64,000 nt of DNA from Sulfolobales archaeon (GCA_038841535.1 JAWBTQ010000006.1:1-64000); one strand, 5' to 3'. Shown: positions 28,932 to 40,000, counted from the stretch's first letter. Translations and numbers: made by a program. Notes: generated by a model from the letters alone, not told the origin.

Positions 28932-30890
28932 GTGGCGAGTTTAGCACTCTTAGCTACCCCTAGTAGCAGTGGAAGTGGAGCTTCAAACTACACAGCTCGC
29001 GAGCTCGATAGCGCATCTAGGGCTCCCGCACCGCTGAGTTCAACAACTGCGCAAGAACCTGCTGGAACATCTGAACACTCACAAGTAGTGTTGGAGTCTC
29101 TGGATACGGTAGCTAAGAGTAATTGGCTACTAAGCGTTGACTCTCAAAAGAGATCGATTATGTCGCCTGCTAAAGAAAGTACTGAGAGGAAAATCGACCT
29201 AGTTAAGTCACTAATAGCAGGCAGTGTCGTCGGAGCCTTGATCGGATTCAGCAATACTTATGGTTATGCTATTAGTGGATACACAACATCTGAGCTATCA
29301 CCTATTGTAGCTGGAGTTCTAACGTATCTTCTGTTAAGGTTTGTACTAGGTGTTTACAGCACACTTGCTCACATCGCTGCTATAGCGTTTGCCGTAGGAA
29401 TAGACATTACTACTACTCTAACTTCAGGTATGTTAATTACTTACACCATGTTCGCCGAGAGAGCTGACCCAAGAATGGTGAACATGGCATCATGGGTGTA
29501 CAAGGGTTTAAGCACGGAATCCATGCTATTCTATCTATTCGCGTCCTCAGTTTCGGCGGGCGGGGTATTAATAGCGTTATCGCTAAGTGATCATTTTATC
29601 GAAAGAGAAAGACTCATATTTCCTGTTGGAGGAGGAGCCTGGAGAGCAGTAAACGTAATAAGGAATTTTCAAATACACAAAATAGCTGCTACAATAACTG
29701 TGGGGTTCACTCTAGAGCTATTGGCGCTCTACGGAAGCGTGTCCGCAGATTTTGCTCAAATGCTCTACCTCGTCGCTCCCGGGGCGGCACTAGCTTTAGC
29801 TTTCGACCCTCTAATACTACTCCTAGCTCTCCTATTACCTGTAAGTTCTTCAGCAGGTGTCGGAGTGGGGAGCATCATTATGTTCATGGCGATCACTCCA
29901 GCCCTAGCTTTTTTAAGGGTTTTGGTTCCCCTTCCAACAATGAGTACATACGATCTAGCTACATCAGCATCGGCGTCTACAGCTTCATTACTGATAGGCT
30001 ACCTCTCACTAATGGCATCTTACTACATAGTTAAGTATAGGAGAATGTTTATTCACTCACTAACTCTTATTAGAGAGATAAAGGAGTATAGGTCTACGTT
30101 CTTTGCTGGTGTATTACTTATCTCCCTACCGGTTATTCCCGCTTTATTAGTTTCTAGAGATGCTGCTAGAATAATAATAATCTTACCAGCTTTAGTGATC
30201 CTGTACTTACTCATAACGCTTCTAACCTGCCGAGTGGTAGGTGAAGTCGGTATAGTATCTCAATCCACTCTACCAGCTGTTACGGGACTGATGTTTGCTG
30301 CTGGAATAAGAGAGTCTATGCCTTACGTTCTTCTAGACCCGTATACTGGAACCCCCATGCCTCAGTTTGTTGCTGCTACGTCAATGAATATCATTAAACT
30401 TAGTAAGTACTCTGGGGTTAAACCCAGCTTTATAGGTTTTCTAGTTATGTTGGGGATAGTTCTTGGGGCTCCACTAACCCTAGCCTACGGGAATCTTCTC
30501 TTAACTACATACGGAACGTCGTCACCTAAGCTCCCCCTTATTAGATGGCTTCCCATAGTTACGTGGATGAACGCTATTTACACTGGGAATGTGCTGGCAC
30601 TACCCTCGCAATCTTTTATCTTAGGTATACTCCTAGCTATAGCTATTCTATTCGTAGTTAGAGTGCTAGGCATTAAGGGGCTCTCTCCTTTCGCTATATT
30701 AGTGGGGGTTACTGTAACACCAGATATAGGTGTACTCTTCGTATTAGCATCGCTAATTAAGTACTTAGCTCTACGCATAGGGCCCGACACCTACGAGTCT
30801 TTAGTTGCCTACTCATCACTAGGATTTTTCGGTAGTACCTTAGCAATAGTAACCTACACCTTATACGAACTATTAACTATGGGAGTGTGA
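28932..30890 (+). CDS. OPT/YSL family oligopeptide transporter-like membrane protein (true start probably ATG 29160)
   Basis: More than 14 TM helices; FIERERLIFPVG (OPT L.FP.G motif) and CRVVGEVG. Confidence 0.75.
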   Translation: MASLALLATPSSSGSGASNYTARELDSASRAPAPLSSTTAQEPAGTSEHSQVVLESLDTVAKSNWLLSVDSQKRSIMSPAKESTERKIDLVKSLIAGSVVGALIGFSNTYGYAISGYTTSELSPIVAGVLTYLLLRFVLGVYSTLAHIAAIAFAVGIDITTTLTSGMLITYTMFAERADPRMVNMASWVYKGLSTESMLFYLFASSVSAGGVLIALSLSDHFIERERLIFPVGGGAWRAVNVIRNFQIHKIAATITVGFTLELLALYGSVSADFAQMLYLVAPGAALALAFDPLILLLALLLPVSSSAGVGVGSIIMFMAITPALAFLRVLVPLPTMSTYDLATSASASTASLLIGYLSLMASYYIVKYRRMFIHSLTLIREIKEYRSTFFAGVLLISLPVIPALLVSRDAARIIIILPALVILYLLITLLTCRVVGEVGIVSQSTLPAVTGLMFAAGIRESMPYVLLDPYTGTPMPQFVAATSMNIIKLSKYSGVKPSFIGFLVMLGIVLGAPLTLAYGNLLLTTYGTSSPKLPLIRWLPIVTWMNAIYTGNVLALPSQSFILGILLAIAILFVVRVLGIKGLSPFAILVGVTVTPDIGVLFVLASLIKYLALRIGPDTYESLVAYSSLGFFGSTLAIVTYTLYELLTMGV

Positions 30891-30893
30891 GCT

Positions 30894-32456
30894 ATGGACT
30901 TGGTGTTCCTAGTTTTCTCTGCGACATACCTCGGAGTTCTAATATACGCCATCATAAACCTAGCTAAGACCAAAAACGTGAGTGTAGAATTACCTCCAAC
31001 TGCTCTTCAGCGTTATGCTAGACATAGCGCAACTAAGCTACGGGTATTCGGCAGAGTACTGAAGATAACCCTATTAAACATAACGACTCTTCTAATTCTC
31101 TTGTGTATTGCGGTATCGTCTCTTATAGCTGCTACCGCCTACAGTGATAAGAGAACCGAGTTCATTCAAGCCATAGAGGAATCTGTTCAAGCACCTATAG
31201 CTCTCATTAAGCTCTCTAAGCCGGTCAGTAAGCATGACGCCGTGACATCGCTTTACCATGTAATAGAGAGATCTGAATCCGTATCCTACCTCTATAGAGC
31301 GACACTGGAGAGAGGTATATTTGTCGATAGCTTGCCGGGAGTTAAGTGGGTAGTCATCGGCGTAGATGGAGATCTCCGATCAAAGCTCAATATATCTGAA
31401 AAAGAAATCTTAACTGGTTGCCAAACTCTTTCGGAGGTAGCCCACTACTCATCGAGGTTTAAGGTTACATGCATCCAAGACTCCACCTTCAGATTCAAGA
31501 TAACTCCACTCGAAACTCTACTGCCGGTTCTGGGCTATATTGGTATGGAGCCTATAACTCCCTCACTTGACTTAGTCATAATATCCGATGTCGAGACCAT
31601 CGCTGAGATACTAAGCCTCGGAGACACTCTAGTTACCGACGTCTTATTTGTTGGGAAGGACATTGATCGTAACGTAGTCGAGAGCGTACTCGAAGTACTG
31701 AATGTAGACACATTACAATACTTCTTCAATACCACAGCCCTAATTCTAGGTTCAGTGCGAGTGATGACTCTTGAGGCTGCGATATCGACACTTTTTGTAG
31801 TAATGTCCTGTGCTATTGTTGTAGCTGTAGCCTATAGATCCCTTCTACCAGAGTTCAAAACTATTAATGAGAGACTTCACTACATAGGATTGCCCCCATG
31901 GGGAACTACTATTACTCTATTGATGCATGTAGCAGTAGCTGTATCTCTTGGAGCACTGGCTTCATCGACCTTGGCCTCGTTTCTATTTACGGCCCGTCAA
32001 GCAATCATTTCAACCACAGTTAGCCTATTCTCAGGTCTTTTGGCAGCCCTAACTCTAGTAAGAGAGCTGAGTACCGGAACGACTAGTTATGGAGCGTATA
32101 CCCCTACAGTTGAGAGACACGAGATTGTGTTTCCAACCATAAAAATCGGGAATTTGGGGGAGTTAGTGAACATGGTAAGAGAAGCTATTGAAACTAACGA
32201 GTTTTTTGAACTTGAGGAATTTGAGTATAGGAGTTGGGAAAAAGAAGTAGTAGTATACTGCCGCGTTAACTTCAAAGAGATGTGGGGTGTTATTTTGAGT
32301 GGATTAATAGCTGTAACTCCTCTGGATAGCAACATGGTAAAGGTATTCCTTGAGACAGATGTATCTAGTATAGAGGAAATATCTGAAAGCATAAATAACT
32401 CAATAAGAGCCCTGTTCGTCTCGAAGGTAATAGGTAAGCTGAAGACACTTTTATAG
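30894..32456 (+). CDS. FtsX/MacB-permease-like membrane protein with an extracytoplasmic domain and a soluble C-terminal domain
   Basis: N-terminal TMs, long extramembrane segment, then a TM-EF...L..IGLPP-TM-TM pattern. Starts 3 nt after the OPT stop. Confidence 0.55.
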   Translation: MDLVFLVFSATYLGVLIYAIINLAKTKNVSVELPPTALQRYARHSATKLRVFGRVLKITLLNITTLLILLCIAVSSLIAATAYSDKRTEFIQAIEESVQAPIALIKLSKPVSKHDAVTSLYHVIERSESVSYLYRATLERGIFVDSLPGVKWVVIGVDGDLRSKLNISEKEILTGCQTLSEVAHYSSRFKVTCIQDSTFRFKITPLETLLPVLGYIGMEPITPSLDLVIISDVETIAEILSLGDTLVTDVLFVGKDIDRNVVESVLEVLNVDTLQYFFNTTALILGSVRVMTLEAAISTLFVVMSCAIVVAVAYRSLLPEFKTINERLHYIGLPPWGTTITLLMHVAVAVSLGALASSTLASFLFTARQAIISTTVSLFSGLLAALTLVRELSTGTTSYGAYTPTVERHEIVFPTIKIGNLGELVNMVREAIETNEFFELEEFEYRSWEKEVVVYCRVNFKEMWGVILSGLIAVTPLDSNMVKVFLETDVSSIEEISESINNSIRALFVSKVIGKLKTLL

Positions 32457-32571
32457 AGAGATTATGTCTTCAAAGCAGCGGGGAAACCGCTCGATTTATA
32501 AGCACTAATTAGCTTTAGCACTAAGAAAGTGTTGGCTGATCAGGCTGGTAATAGAGTACTTAGCCAGGCTA

Positions 32572-33372
32572 GTGGAAGCAATACATTTAGCGGTCTACTC
32601 GTACATTAAGCCAGCAGCACCGCACAGGTTCTCCTCAAGGTTTAAAGACCTAGAAACCATAGTATTTACGGTAACCTCATCTTTAGACATCTATAGCCAG
32701 ACCTTTACCGCCGGTCTAGACGTCAGTACCGGGAAAGAGACTCTGTACTCCATAGGCATAGGTCGCCTTTTCTACCACTCTCTTGCTAAGTCATACAGGA
32801 AACTTGGGATAAGAGCTCACCAAACCCTCAACTTAGTTTTAATCCCATCAACTCTCTCCATAGCTTACTCCACACGCCAGCACCCGTTCGCTAATAGCTA
32901 TAGGAGGATATTCTCTGCTGTGTTAGAAGTGGACAATCCTAAGGATGTAGCGACCTTGGTTGATGGAATAAGGCAGTTCTACGGCGTTGGCTCTGCTGTT
33001 CTCTCAGAGCAAGGATTAACCCCCAGTAGGCTAGCAACTGAAAAACCCTCTATAGGAGACATACTCCAAGTGCTGGAAGCTAAAGCAAGAGACTTGCGGT
33101 ATACGTTAAAGAGAATGGATTACATATTCGAGGTCGGAACGGAAGTAGCGCGAATGACGGCAAGCGGTATTGAACCTAACGATGTGGTCGTCAGGGCGTT
33201 TCTCAGGTTAGCGCAAGTGGAATGCGGCAAACTAGGGAAAGTTTCCGAAGTCAATCAGAAGAACCTCTATGATCTCGATAAAGAGCTCTCAAAGGACGGT
33301 GTTGACCTTTCTTACTTAATAACGCCACTAACCCTCACCCTCCTCCTCTCAAACTACTTAAGCGAGAAGTAG
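32572..33372 (+). CDS. CitG/triphosphoribosyl-dephospho-CoA synthase-like protein (divergent)
   Basis: KPAAPHRF (cf. KPGNVHR), IGIGRL, and C-terminal LYDLDKEL. Confidence 0.6.
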   Translation: MEAIHLAVYSYIKPAAPHRFSSRFKDLETIVFTVTSSLDIYSQTFTAGLDVSTGKETLYSIGIGRLFYHSLAKSYRKLGIRAHQTLNLVLIPSTLSIAYSTRQHPFANSYRRIFSAVLEVDNPKDVATLVDGIRQFYGVGSAVLSEQGLTPSRLATEKPSIGDILQVLEAKARDLRYTLKRMDYIFEVGTEVARMTASGIEPNDVVVRAFLRLAQVECGKLGKVSEVNQKNLYDLDKELSKDGVDLSYLITPLTLTLLLSNYLSEK

Positions 33373-33381
33373 CTACAGTAA

Positions 33382-34938
33382 CTAACTAACCTCTATAACT
33401 ACGTTGATCCCCAGTTCATCCTTGATTCTCTTAATTTTCCGCCTAAGTCTGCTAAGACTTTTGGCCTCCTCCCTAGGTATACTGACGATAACGTTCTCAC
33501 CATTGTATACGACTCTAGCTGATGGAACGTAGGCCTTTATTAATGGCTCGATGTTTTTCCTTATGCTACTGCTGTATACCTTCTTAACCGGTATTACTGT
33601 TGTTTGCTCACCAAAGGTGTATATCTCGTACTCAAGCTCTCCAGTTAGCGCGTCTCTTACTTCAACTACTGGTCTAGCTAGGTCTGACTCTCTGAGGCCT
33701 GTCGGAAGTTTAACTGTGATATCTAGCTCGTAAACCTTTTTAACCTCACCAGAGTCTATGAATATCAGTGTATCAACAACAGATGGCAACATACCGACAT
33801 CAACTCTACTGATGAATCTCTGAATGGCGTCAATCGGAGAAGCCGCGTGAACTACTCCTACCATGCCGATGCCAGCTAGCCTCAGGTCTACATAGAGCTT
33901 AAAGTCTTCGTCGTTCCTCATTTCATCGAATATTGTGTAGTCAGGTCTACTCAATAAGAGGATATCGTGAAGTTCGTTAGGAGTAGCGTAGACTTTCGAG
34001 TACTGCGTTACCTGAGGCGGTAGCCTCATATCTCTAGGGGATTCCACTGTTTTCACTATCTTACCTTTTCTCGAGTAGTACTCTGCTAAAGCTTGAGCGA
34101 ACGTCGTCTTACCCATACCAGGAGCTCCAGCAATCACTATCCCCTCTGCTTTCTCGTTAAGTCTCTTCATGAGCTTCTCTGGGAGGCTGTATTCCTCGAG
34201 CTTAGGCCTCGCAAGAGGCTTTACAGCGGTTATTTCCCAACCACTACTCATGGGGGGTCTGGAGACGATGATTCTGTAATCTCCGAGCTGAATGATGGTG
34301 GAACCCGTTCTCTCGATCTCTATTACGGCATCGGGTAGGGTCTTTGCTGCCTCTACGACCTCCTCAGAGAGGGACTCGATCTCCTCACGTGTTATGGGGA
34401 TGTCTGAGATCTTCTCAAGAACCCACCTTCCCGGACGCCCTCTTTTTACCTGAGGCGGTGCTCCCTCTTTGAGGTGTACACTCATTACATCTCCGACAAA
34501 ATACTTCTCAAGCTCTTTGAGCTGTATTCTCTCTGGCTCTTTATAAAGAACTTTGACCCCCAGAATCTCGGCTGCGAGTTTTTGTGTTCTAGATGAAGTA
34601 ACTAGTACATAATCATTCTCGTAGGTGTATTCCCTTATAGCTAAGTCTATATCGTCAACTCTCCTACCTAGAGTAGTTATTCTCAGCTTTATGCCATACT
34701 TGTCCGCAAGGCTCCTAATTAACCTAAGTTCTTCAAGAGCAACAACACCTAAGCTCCTACCTTCTCTACTGAGATTATCGAAAAACACTACTAGCTCTCT
34801 GGGTATGGCGATAACACTCTTAATTTTCTCACTAATTATTAGCCTTCTGAGAACTCCATTGTATATAACGGTGCTATCTGGGACTATTACGGTTTCTCCA
34901 ACAGTTCTTACATCACTTTCGTTTAACGTGCTTACCAT
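33382..34938 (-). CDS. PIN-domain ATPase (PINA-type, PIN + ATPase + KH)
   Basis: N-terminal PIN (VPDSTV), MSVHLKEG, GAPGMGKTTF, ESPRD, DEMR and GVVHA. Confidence 0.93.
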   Translation of the reverse strand: MVSTLNESDVRTVGETVIVPDSTVIYNGVLRRLIISEKIKSVIAIPRELVVFFDNLSREGRSLGVVALEELRLIRSLADKYGIKLRITTLGRRVDDIDLAIREYTYENDYVLVTSSRTQKLAAEILGVKVLYKEPERIQLKELEKYFVGDVMSVHLKEGAPPQVKRGRPGRWVLEKISDIPITREEIESLSEEVVEAAKTLPDAVIEIERTGSTIIQLGDYRIIVSRPPMSSGWEITAVKPLARPKLEEYSLPEKLMKRLNEKAEGIVIAGAPGMGKTTFAQALAEYYSRKGKIVKTVESPRDMRLPPQVTQYSKVYATPNELHDILLLSRPDYTIFDEMRNDEDFKLYVDLRLAGIGMVGVVHAASPIDAIQRFISRVDVGMLPSVVDTLIFIDSGEVKKVYELDITVKLPTGLRESDLARPVVEVRDALTGELEYEIYTFGEQTTVIPVKKVYSSSIRKNIEPLIKAYVPSARVVYNGENVIVSIPREEAKSLSRLRRKIKRIKDELGINVVIEVS

Positions 34939-35206
34939 GACTTTCGAGTGCCTGGTTATGACTCTATTTAGGAGGTTATAAGCTTAAGCTTTCCATAAAG
35001 TTAGTGGGGCTACTTTAGCACTCACTAGTTAAAAGTATTCACTACCTCAACTCACTAAACCATGCTCTTCGAAAAACATTGACTGTTAGCCAAATAGGCT
35101 CGATGCAGGCACTATAGAAAACATTTTCCCACAGAAATAGAGGTAAAAAGAGTTGACGTAGGTTAAAAGAAGCACTTTTAAGTCACTAATCTAAACATCT
35201 ACTGGT

Positions 35207-35323
35207 GCGGGGGTGCCCGAGCCAGGTCAAAGGGGTCGGGCTTAAGATACTTCCGGCAGCAGTCATAAGTAGGAGACCCGATGGCGTAGGCCTGCGTGGG
35301 TTCGAATCCCACCCCCCGCACCA
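35207..35323 (+). tRNA. tRNA-Leu(UAA) with a 29-nt intron at 37/38 (35247-35275); CCA encoded
   Basis: Acceptor GCGGGGG/CCCCCGC, long variable arm, stem TCGGG/CCCGA, BHB helix CUUA:UAGG. TATA-like TTTTAAG about 30 nt upstream. Confidence 0.95.
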
Positions 35324-35455
35324 TAGCTTATCGCTTCTCACCTCGCTTCACTAGCTTGCCTCGTAGTATGGATGTTACTGCCTACACGAGTATCTGATTT
35401 TAGTAGAAGCTACTAGTCACTATTTAAAAACTCGTACGCAGTATACCGTTTTGGT

Positions 35456-35544
<89 letters not shown>

Positions 35545-35563
<19 letters not shown>

Positions 35564-35979
35564 TCACAATTATGACTGCCAGGTGTGTGAGAATACACGA
35601 TTTTTCTTAAGAGTGCCGAGTCTTCTCTGAGTAGAAGCTCTAGGGCGATTGATTTGAGGGTTTCGCATGTTACTTCAAAGACCTTGAGCTTGCCTTGCTT
35701 TTTCGCTATCTCTAGGGCTACTAAGTGGTAGCAAGACCCTCTACGTCCTCTCACTACTACATCCAACTCAAAATTCTTACAGCTACAGTACATCCCGGGG
35801 AACAAAATGTAGCTTCTGTCTCGACCGTGAAATACATATAGTTCTACAATATCCACACCTTTCTTGCAGTAAAGCTTTAACAATCGCTTCTCCATTACGG
35901 CGTCTATAACTTTCTCAGAAGGATGGTCCATATAGCTTAACGTAAACTCATTCACTGATCGCTTATCTAGCCTACTCAT
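35545..35979 (-). CDS. SWIM zinc-finger protein
   Basis: YCSCKNF...CYHLVA (CxC...CxH). Confidence 0.85.
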
Positions 35980-36326
35980 GCGATCCAGCGTGTATTTCCT
36001 TAGAGAATATTTGAGCTTTTCGAGTTAACTAGAATTACTTGGAATGACCTAGCTAAAGAATATGTACAACCACTATCTCCCATAAAGGTATACGCAGACG
36101 TGGTCTTTCTCAGAAGTCTTGAGTAGGTCTACTAGGTCTGGGTCTAGAAATGATATGATCATGATATCGTCTACTTTTCTCTTACTCAAGTTAAGTAAGG
36201 AGCTTTGCGAGCCACTCGAATCACGGTCTTTAGGGCACTCTTCTATATCTACGACATACATCCACCTCACCCTCACGTAGGTTCCTAGAGGACCGGTTGC
36301 GTGAGCAAACCACAAACCTCTATCCC

Positions 36327-37862
36327 CTACCTCTGAAGTAATTTAAGTAATAAGGTTGCGTACTTTAAGACTACATTAACGATTTCCGAGAGAGGTCCTA
36401 GAGTTTTTGATAGCCCAGTAAGCCTGCAGATATCGTTTTCAGTTATAGTTTTAGAGATAGCTAGTATTGCTACATAGACTGCTGAGTAAGCCGTAAATTT
36501 CAATGCTAGCAGAAGTAGTGAATCTGCAAACTCCCGACCTTTTATTACCGGTAGCAGCATAAGAGAAGGTATGAGTGCTGAAACTAGTACTCTAGCTGAG
36601 AATCTATGGTCTAAAGAAACGTCCATATACTCCACTAAGAAGTAGAGTTGCGCTATAGTGGTTATAGTACTGAGGACTAGGTAGGATATAGCCGCACCAT
36701 GTAGTCCACATATTCTTACGAGGGCATAGAGTAACGGGACGTAGGCAGCAGACCCTAGAATGTTTGATACTAGAATATACTTTGTCTTATTCATAGCGCT
36801 TAAAGCCGGTCCTACTACGTGCGACCCGAGTAGAGTTAGCGTGTTTACGAGTACGACCATGCTGAAGTACACGTCAGCCTCAGTATACCTCCGCCCGTAT
36901 ACTACGCGAACTATATCGTGCGAAGTAGCTGATGAAAAAAGCGCTAAAGGTATAGAGAAAAGAACTACGTACTTAATAGAATCCGCAAAGAGATTCTTAA
37001 AGTCTTGACCACCTAGCTCTGAGAAAACTTTCAAGAAAGCCGTAGAAAATGGTGCTATAGCAATAGAAATCACACTCAAGAGGTTGAGAGCGGCTCTATA
37101 GTTGCCTATCTCGAAATCTGTAAAGAATCTTGACAGCGTTAGAGTGGTATACATCTGCGTCATCGAGCCAACTAAACCAGTAACGTAAAGTGGGACTGAG
37201 AACCGGAGAATCTCGAGCAAGTCTTTAGAACTAAACCCTAGTTTAGGTCTACTTAGAGACCTCATTATCAGAACTACCCCAACTAGGGAGCTAGCCGTGG
37301 ACGCTATAACTATACCTAGAACAGCGCCCTTGGTAAAGAAAGTTATTGCTAGGGCTATAGAAAGAGAGACTCTGAGGAAGTTGTATATAGGTTCTAGAAG
37401 CGCTGCCTTGACTCTTCTTCCCATACCCACTAGAGACGCCCTAGAGACGTTGAGAAGGGAGTACGATAGAAGATAGGGCATGGAGATAAATACGAGGTCG
37501 GAGTACTCTGGTCTGTTGATTAGGGTCTTCGATAGAGTGCTACTCGCAAGTGCTCCAAGCACCGTTATAATTGATGAAGTAGAGAGTGCGACGACTATTC
37601 CCAGGGTAACGTAAGATGCTGCTTTCTCCGGGTACCTAGGTATATACCTCACCATAGCTGCGGACATGCCTAAGTCAACGAAGGAGACGAGAAAAGCGGG
37701 TACAGCTAGAACTAAAGAGTATGCTCCGTAGCCTTCAGGACCTAGTACTCTCGCTAAAACGAGAGACCCTAGCCCAGCAATAAGAATAGAGAGAAAGCTT
37801 CCTCCAGCTAATGTAACGGCCGTGGAAGCTGCTTCATAGAGAGCATTGCTATCACTCTTCAA
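36327..37862 (-). CDS. flippase / polysaccharide biosynthesis (Wzx/MOP) transporter
   Basis: LARVLGPEGYGAYSL, DLGM..AMVRY, IGNYRAA and about 14 TM helices. Confidence 0.9.
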   Translation of the reverse strand: MKSDSNALYEAASTAVTLAGGSFLSILIAGLGSLVLARVLGPEGYGAYSLVLAVPAFLVSFVDLGMSAAMVRYIPRYPEKAASYVTLGIVVALSTSSIITVLGALASSTLSKTLINRPEYSDLVFISMPYLLSYSLLNVSRASLVGMGRRVKAALLEPIYNFLRVSLSIALAITFFTKGAVLGIVIASTASSLVGVVLIMRSLSRPKLGFSSKDLLEILRFSVPLYVTGLVGSMTQMYTTLTLSRFFTDFEIGNYRAALNLLSVISIAIAPFSTAFLKVFSELGGQDFKNLFADSIKYVVLFSIPLALFSSATSHDIVRVVYGRRYTEADVYFSMVVLVNTLTLLGSHVVGPALSAMNKTKYILVSNILGSAAYVPLLYALVRICGLHGAAISYLVLSTITTIAQLYFLVEYMDVSLDHRFSARVLVSALIPSLMLLPVIKGREFADSLLLLALKFTAYSAVYVAILAISKTITENDICRLTGLSKTLGPLSEIVNVVLKYATLLLKLLQR

Positions 37863-37988
37863 CTCGTGCGATCCTGAAGATTTAGTTGAGAAACAAGGTT
37901 AAAAGAGTGTTTTATAGAGTACTGTGCTAGACAGCTTTTGCGATGCTGCGTGAAGCTTTAAAACTTTCTTCCGGTTACTGTTGCTGAG

Positions 37989-39431
37989 ATGAGTACTGCT
38001 TACATAAAACACTTGAGGAAACCTACGAGGATACTGTCTGGAGTGTCTGTAGTAGCTGTTATGACTAAGCCGCATCGGTGCCCGCACGGTAAGTGTGTTT
38101 ACTGTCCAGGTGGACCTGAGTTCAATACTCCGCAGAGCTACATCGGTGAGGAGCCTGCACTCATGAGAGCTCTGAGAGTGGGCTTTGACCCGTACGAGCA
38201 AGTGAGAGTGAGGCTGAAGCAATACGAAGCCTTGGGGGCGTTCCCTAGCAAAGTGGAGGTAGTAGTTATGGGTGGTACTTTTATGGCTTTTCCCGAGGAT
38301 TACCAGGAGTGGTTTATAGCTAGCATTTTCGATGCCGCTAACCGATACCCAGAGTCGAGATCTTCTGGTTCCCCCAGCCTACAGGAAGCTCACAGATTAA
38401 ATGAAACAGCTGGAGTGAGAATAGTCGGATTAACGATCGAGACTAGGCCCGATTACGCTAAAGAAAAGCACTCAGATAGAATGCTCTATCTCGGTGCCAC
38501 TAAGGTTGAGTTAGGAGTTCAAACAGTTTTCGACGAAATCCTGACGTTAGTGAGGAGGGGTCACACAGTACGAGACACCGTTGAAGCCACGAGGATACTT
38601 AAGGACAGCGGGTTTAAGGTGGTCTACCACATAATGCCTGGCTTGCCAGGGTCTGACCCAGATAAAGATATCCAGACAATTAAGGAAGTATTTGAAAACC
38701 CGGACTTCAGGCCGGACATGCTCAAGATATATCCAACTGTTGTAACTGAGGGTACTGAATTATATAAGTGGTGGCTTGAAGGTAGGTACCGGCCCTACAC
38801 TGATGAAGAAGCTATTGAACTGGTGTCTGAGTTCTACCGCTACATACCGAAGTGGGTTAGAGTTATGAGAATACAAAGAGACATCCCAGCTCAGTACATT
38901 GTGGCTGGACCCAGGAAGGGTAACCTACGCGAGCTCGTAGAGCTCAAAGCCCTCTCTAAGGGAGTGAAAATCAGGGAGATCAGGTTTAGGGAGATAGGTC
39001 GCCAGGAACTCTACCGAGGCGTAAGACCTTCGGAACTCTACATTGCGAGAGAGTATTATGAAGCAAGTGGGGGTATAGAGGTCTTTTTGTCAGTAGAAAA
39101 CACTGTATCTGATGTAGTTGCAGGCATACTGAGGCTTCGGATTCCTTCAGATAGAGCACACAGACAGGAGCTTAGGAGTAGGTCCGCTATTGTGAGAGAG
39201 CTCCACGTATACGGATTGCAGACCCCGATAGGTGTTTACTACGACTACTCCTGGCAACATAAGGGGTGGGGGGCAAGGTTACTCGAGGAAGCTGAGGAAA
39301 TAGCTGGATACGAGTTTAGCTGTAATAGAATACTCGTACTTTCAGGTGTCGGTGCCAGAGAGTACTATCGAAAACGCGGGTACTATAGACTCGGGGACAG
39401 TCCGTACATGGTTAAAGACCTTAAGTTCTGA
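37989..39431 (+). CDS. elp3: Elongator Elp3-like tRNA U34 acetyltransferase (radical SAM + GNAT)
   Basis: CPHGKCVYCPGG, ETRPD, LKIYP, RELHVYG and QHKGWG. Confidence 0.97.
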   Translation: MSTAYIKHLRKPTRILSGVSVVAVMTKPHRCPHGKCVYCPGGPEFNTPQSYIGEEPALMRALRVGFDPYEQVRVRLKQYEALGAFPSKVEVVVMGGTFMAFPEDYQEWFIASIFDAANRYPESRSSGSPSLQEAHRLNETAGVRIVGLTIETRPDYAKEKHSDRMLYLGATKVELGVQTVFDEILTLVRRGHTVRDTVEATRILKDSGFKVVYHIMPGLPGSDPDKDIQTIKEVFENPDFRPDMLKIYPTVVTEGTELYKWWLEGRYRPYTDEEAIELVSEFYRYIPKWVRVMRIQRDIPAQYIVAGPRKGNLRELVELKALSKGVKIREIRFREIGRQELYRGVRPSELYIAREYYEASGGIEVFLSVENTVSDVVAGILRLRIPSDRAHRQELRSRSAIVRELHVYGLQTPIGVYYDYSWQHKGWGARLLEEAEEIAGYEFSCNRILVLSGVGAREYYRKRGYYRLGDSPYMVKDLKF

Positions 39432-39474
39432 AGCTTTAATCGCTATTTGGAAAATACAAAATACGTATTTGTGC

Positions 39475-39990
39475 TCACTGTCTCGCTTGAGGTAGTCTAT
39501 CAACGTATTTTGCTAAATCCCTTGGAATAAGCAACCTGATCTTGGCTCCAGCAAGTCGAAGAGCTATTGCTTCTGTAATCTTCAATAGCCTTGAGGAAAA
39601 AGCTCTATACCTGCATTCTCCCAGAACCACGTCTTCCTCGAATCTCACTGGTACTCTGAGCTCGTGATCTACGAACCCGAAGAGCAGTATTAAGTAGAAA
39701 GTATATAGTCCTCGAGATATCTCAGTCAGGAATTTGAGGTCTATAAGTGAGTCTTCATCTACTTGCTCGGGTAGGGTTCCAGAAATAACCTTCGATAACC
39801 TAATCTGCGGTAAAGATTTCGCTAGGTTGCGAAGAAGTTCAATGAACTCCCTGCACGACAGCATTCGGCTCAAACAAAATGAGAGTCCCGCTAGTACGTC
39901 TCTATAAATACCCATTACGTCCTCATGACTTAGTCTAGAAAGTTCTTCACTTACTAGTTCTGCTAAGGTAATTTTATCAATGCTCGACAT
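39475..39990 (-). CDS. GINS-like protein (A-domain followed by B-domain, Gins51/15-like)
   Basis: Helical part with IRLSKV, then VPVRFEEDV.LG...Y......L....AIAL.LAG, resembling a GINS B-domain. Confidence 0.5.
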   Translation of the reverse strand: MSSIDKITLAELVSEELSRLSHEDVMGIYRDVLAGLSFCLSRMLSCREFIELLRNLAKSLPQIRLSKVISGTLPEQVDEDSLIDLKFLTEISRGLYTFYLILLFGFVDHELRVPVRFEEDVVLGECRYRAFSSRLLKITEAIALRLAGAKIRLLIPRDLAKYVDRLPQARQ

Positions 39991-40000
39991 ACCCGCCTAG

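Noticed and set aside
28932-29159. Ser/Ala-rich N-terminal extension on the OPT protein
   Set aside because: Probably an over-extended start; ATG 29160 sits just before the first TM helix.
36073-36315. 80-aa ORF downstream of the flippase
   Set aside because: No recognisable domain; may be a gene fragment.
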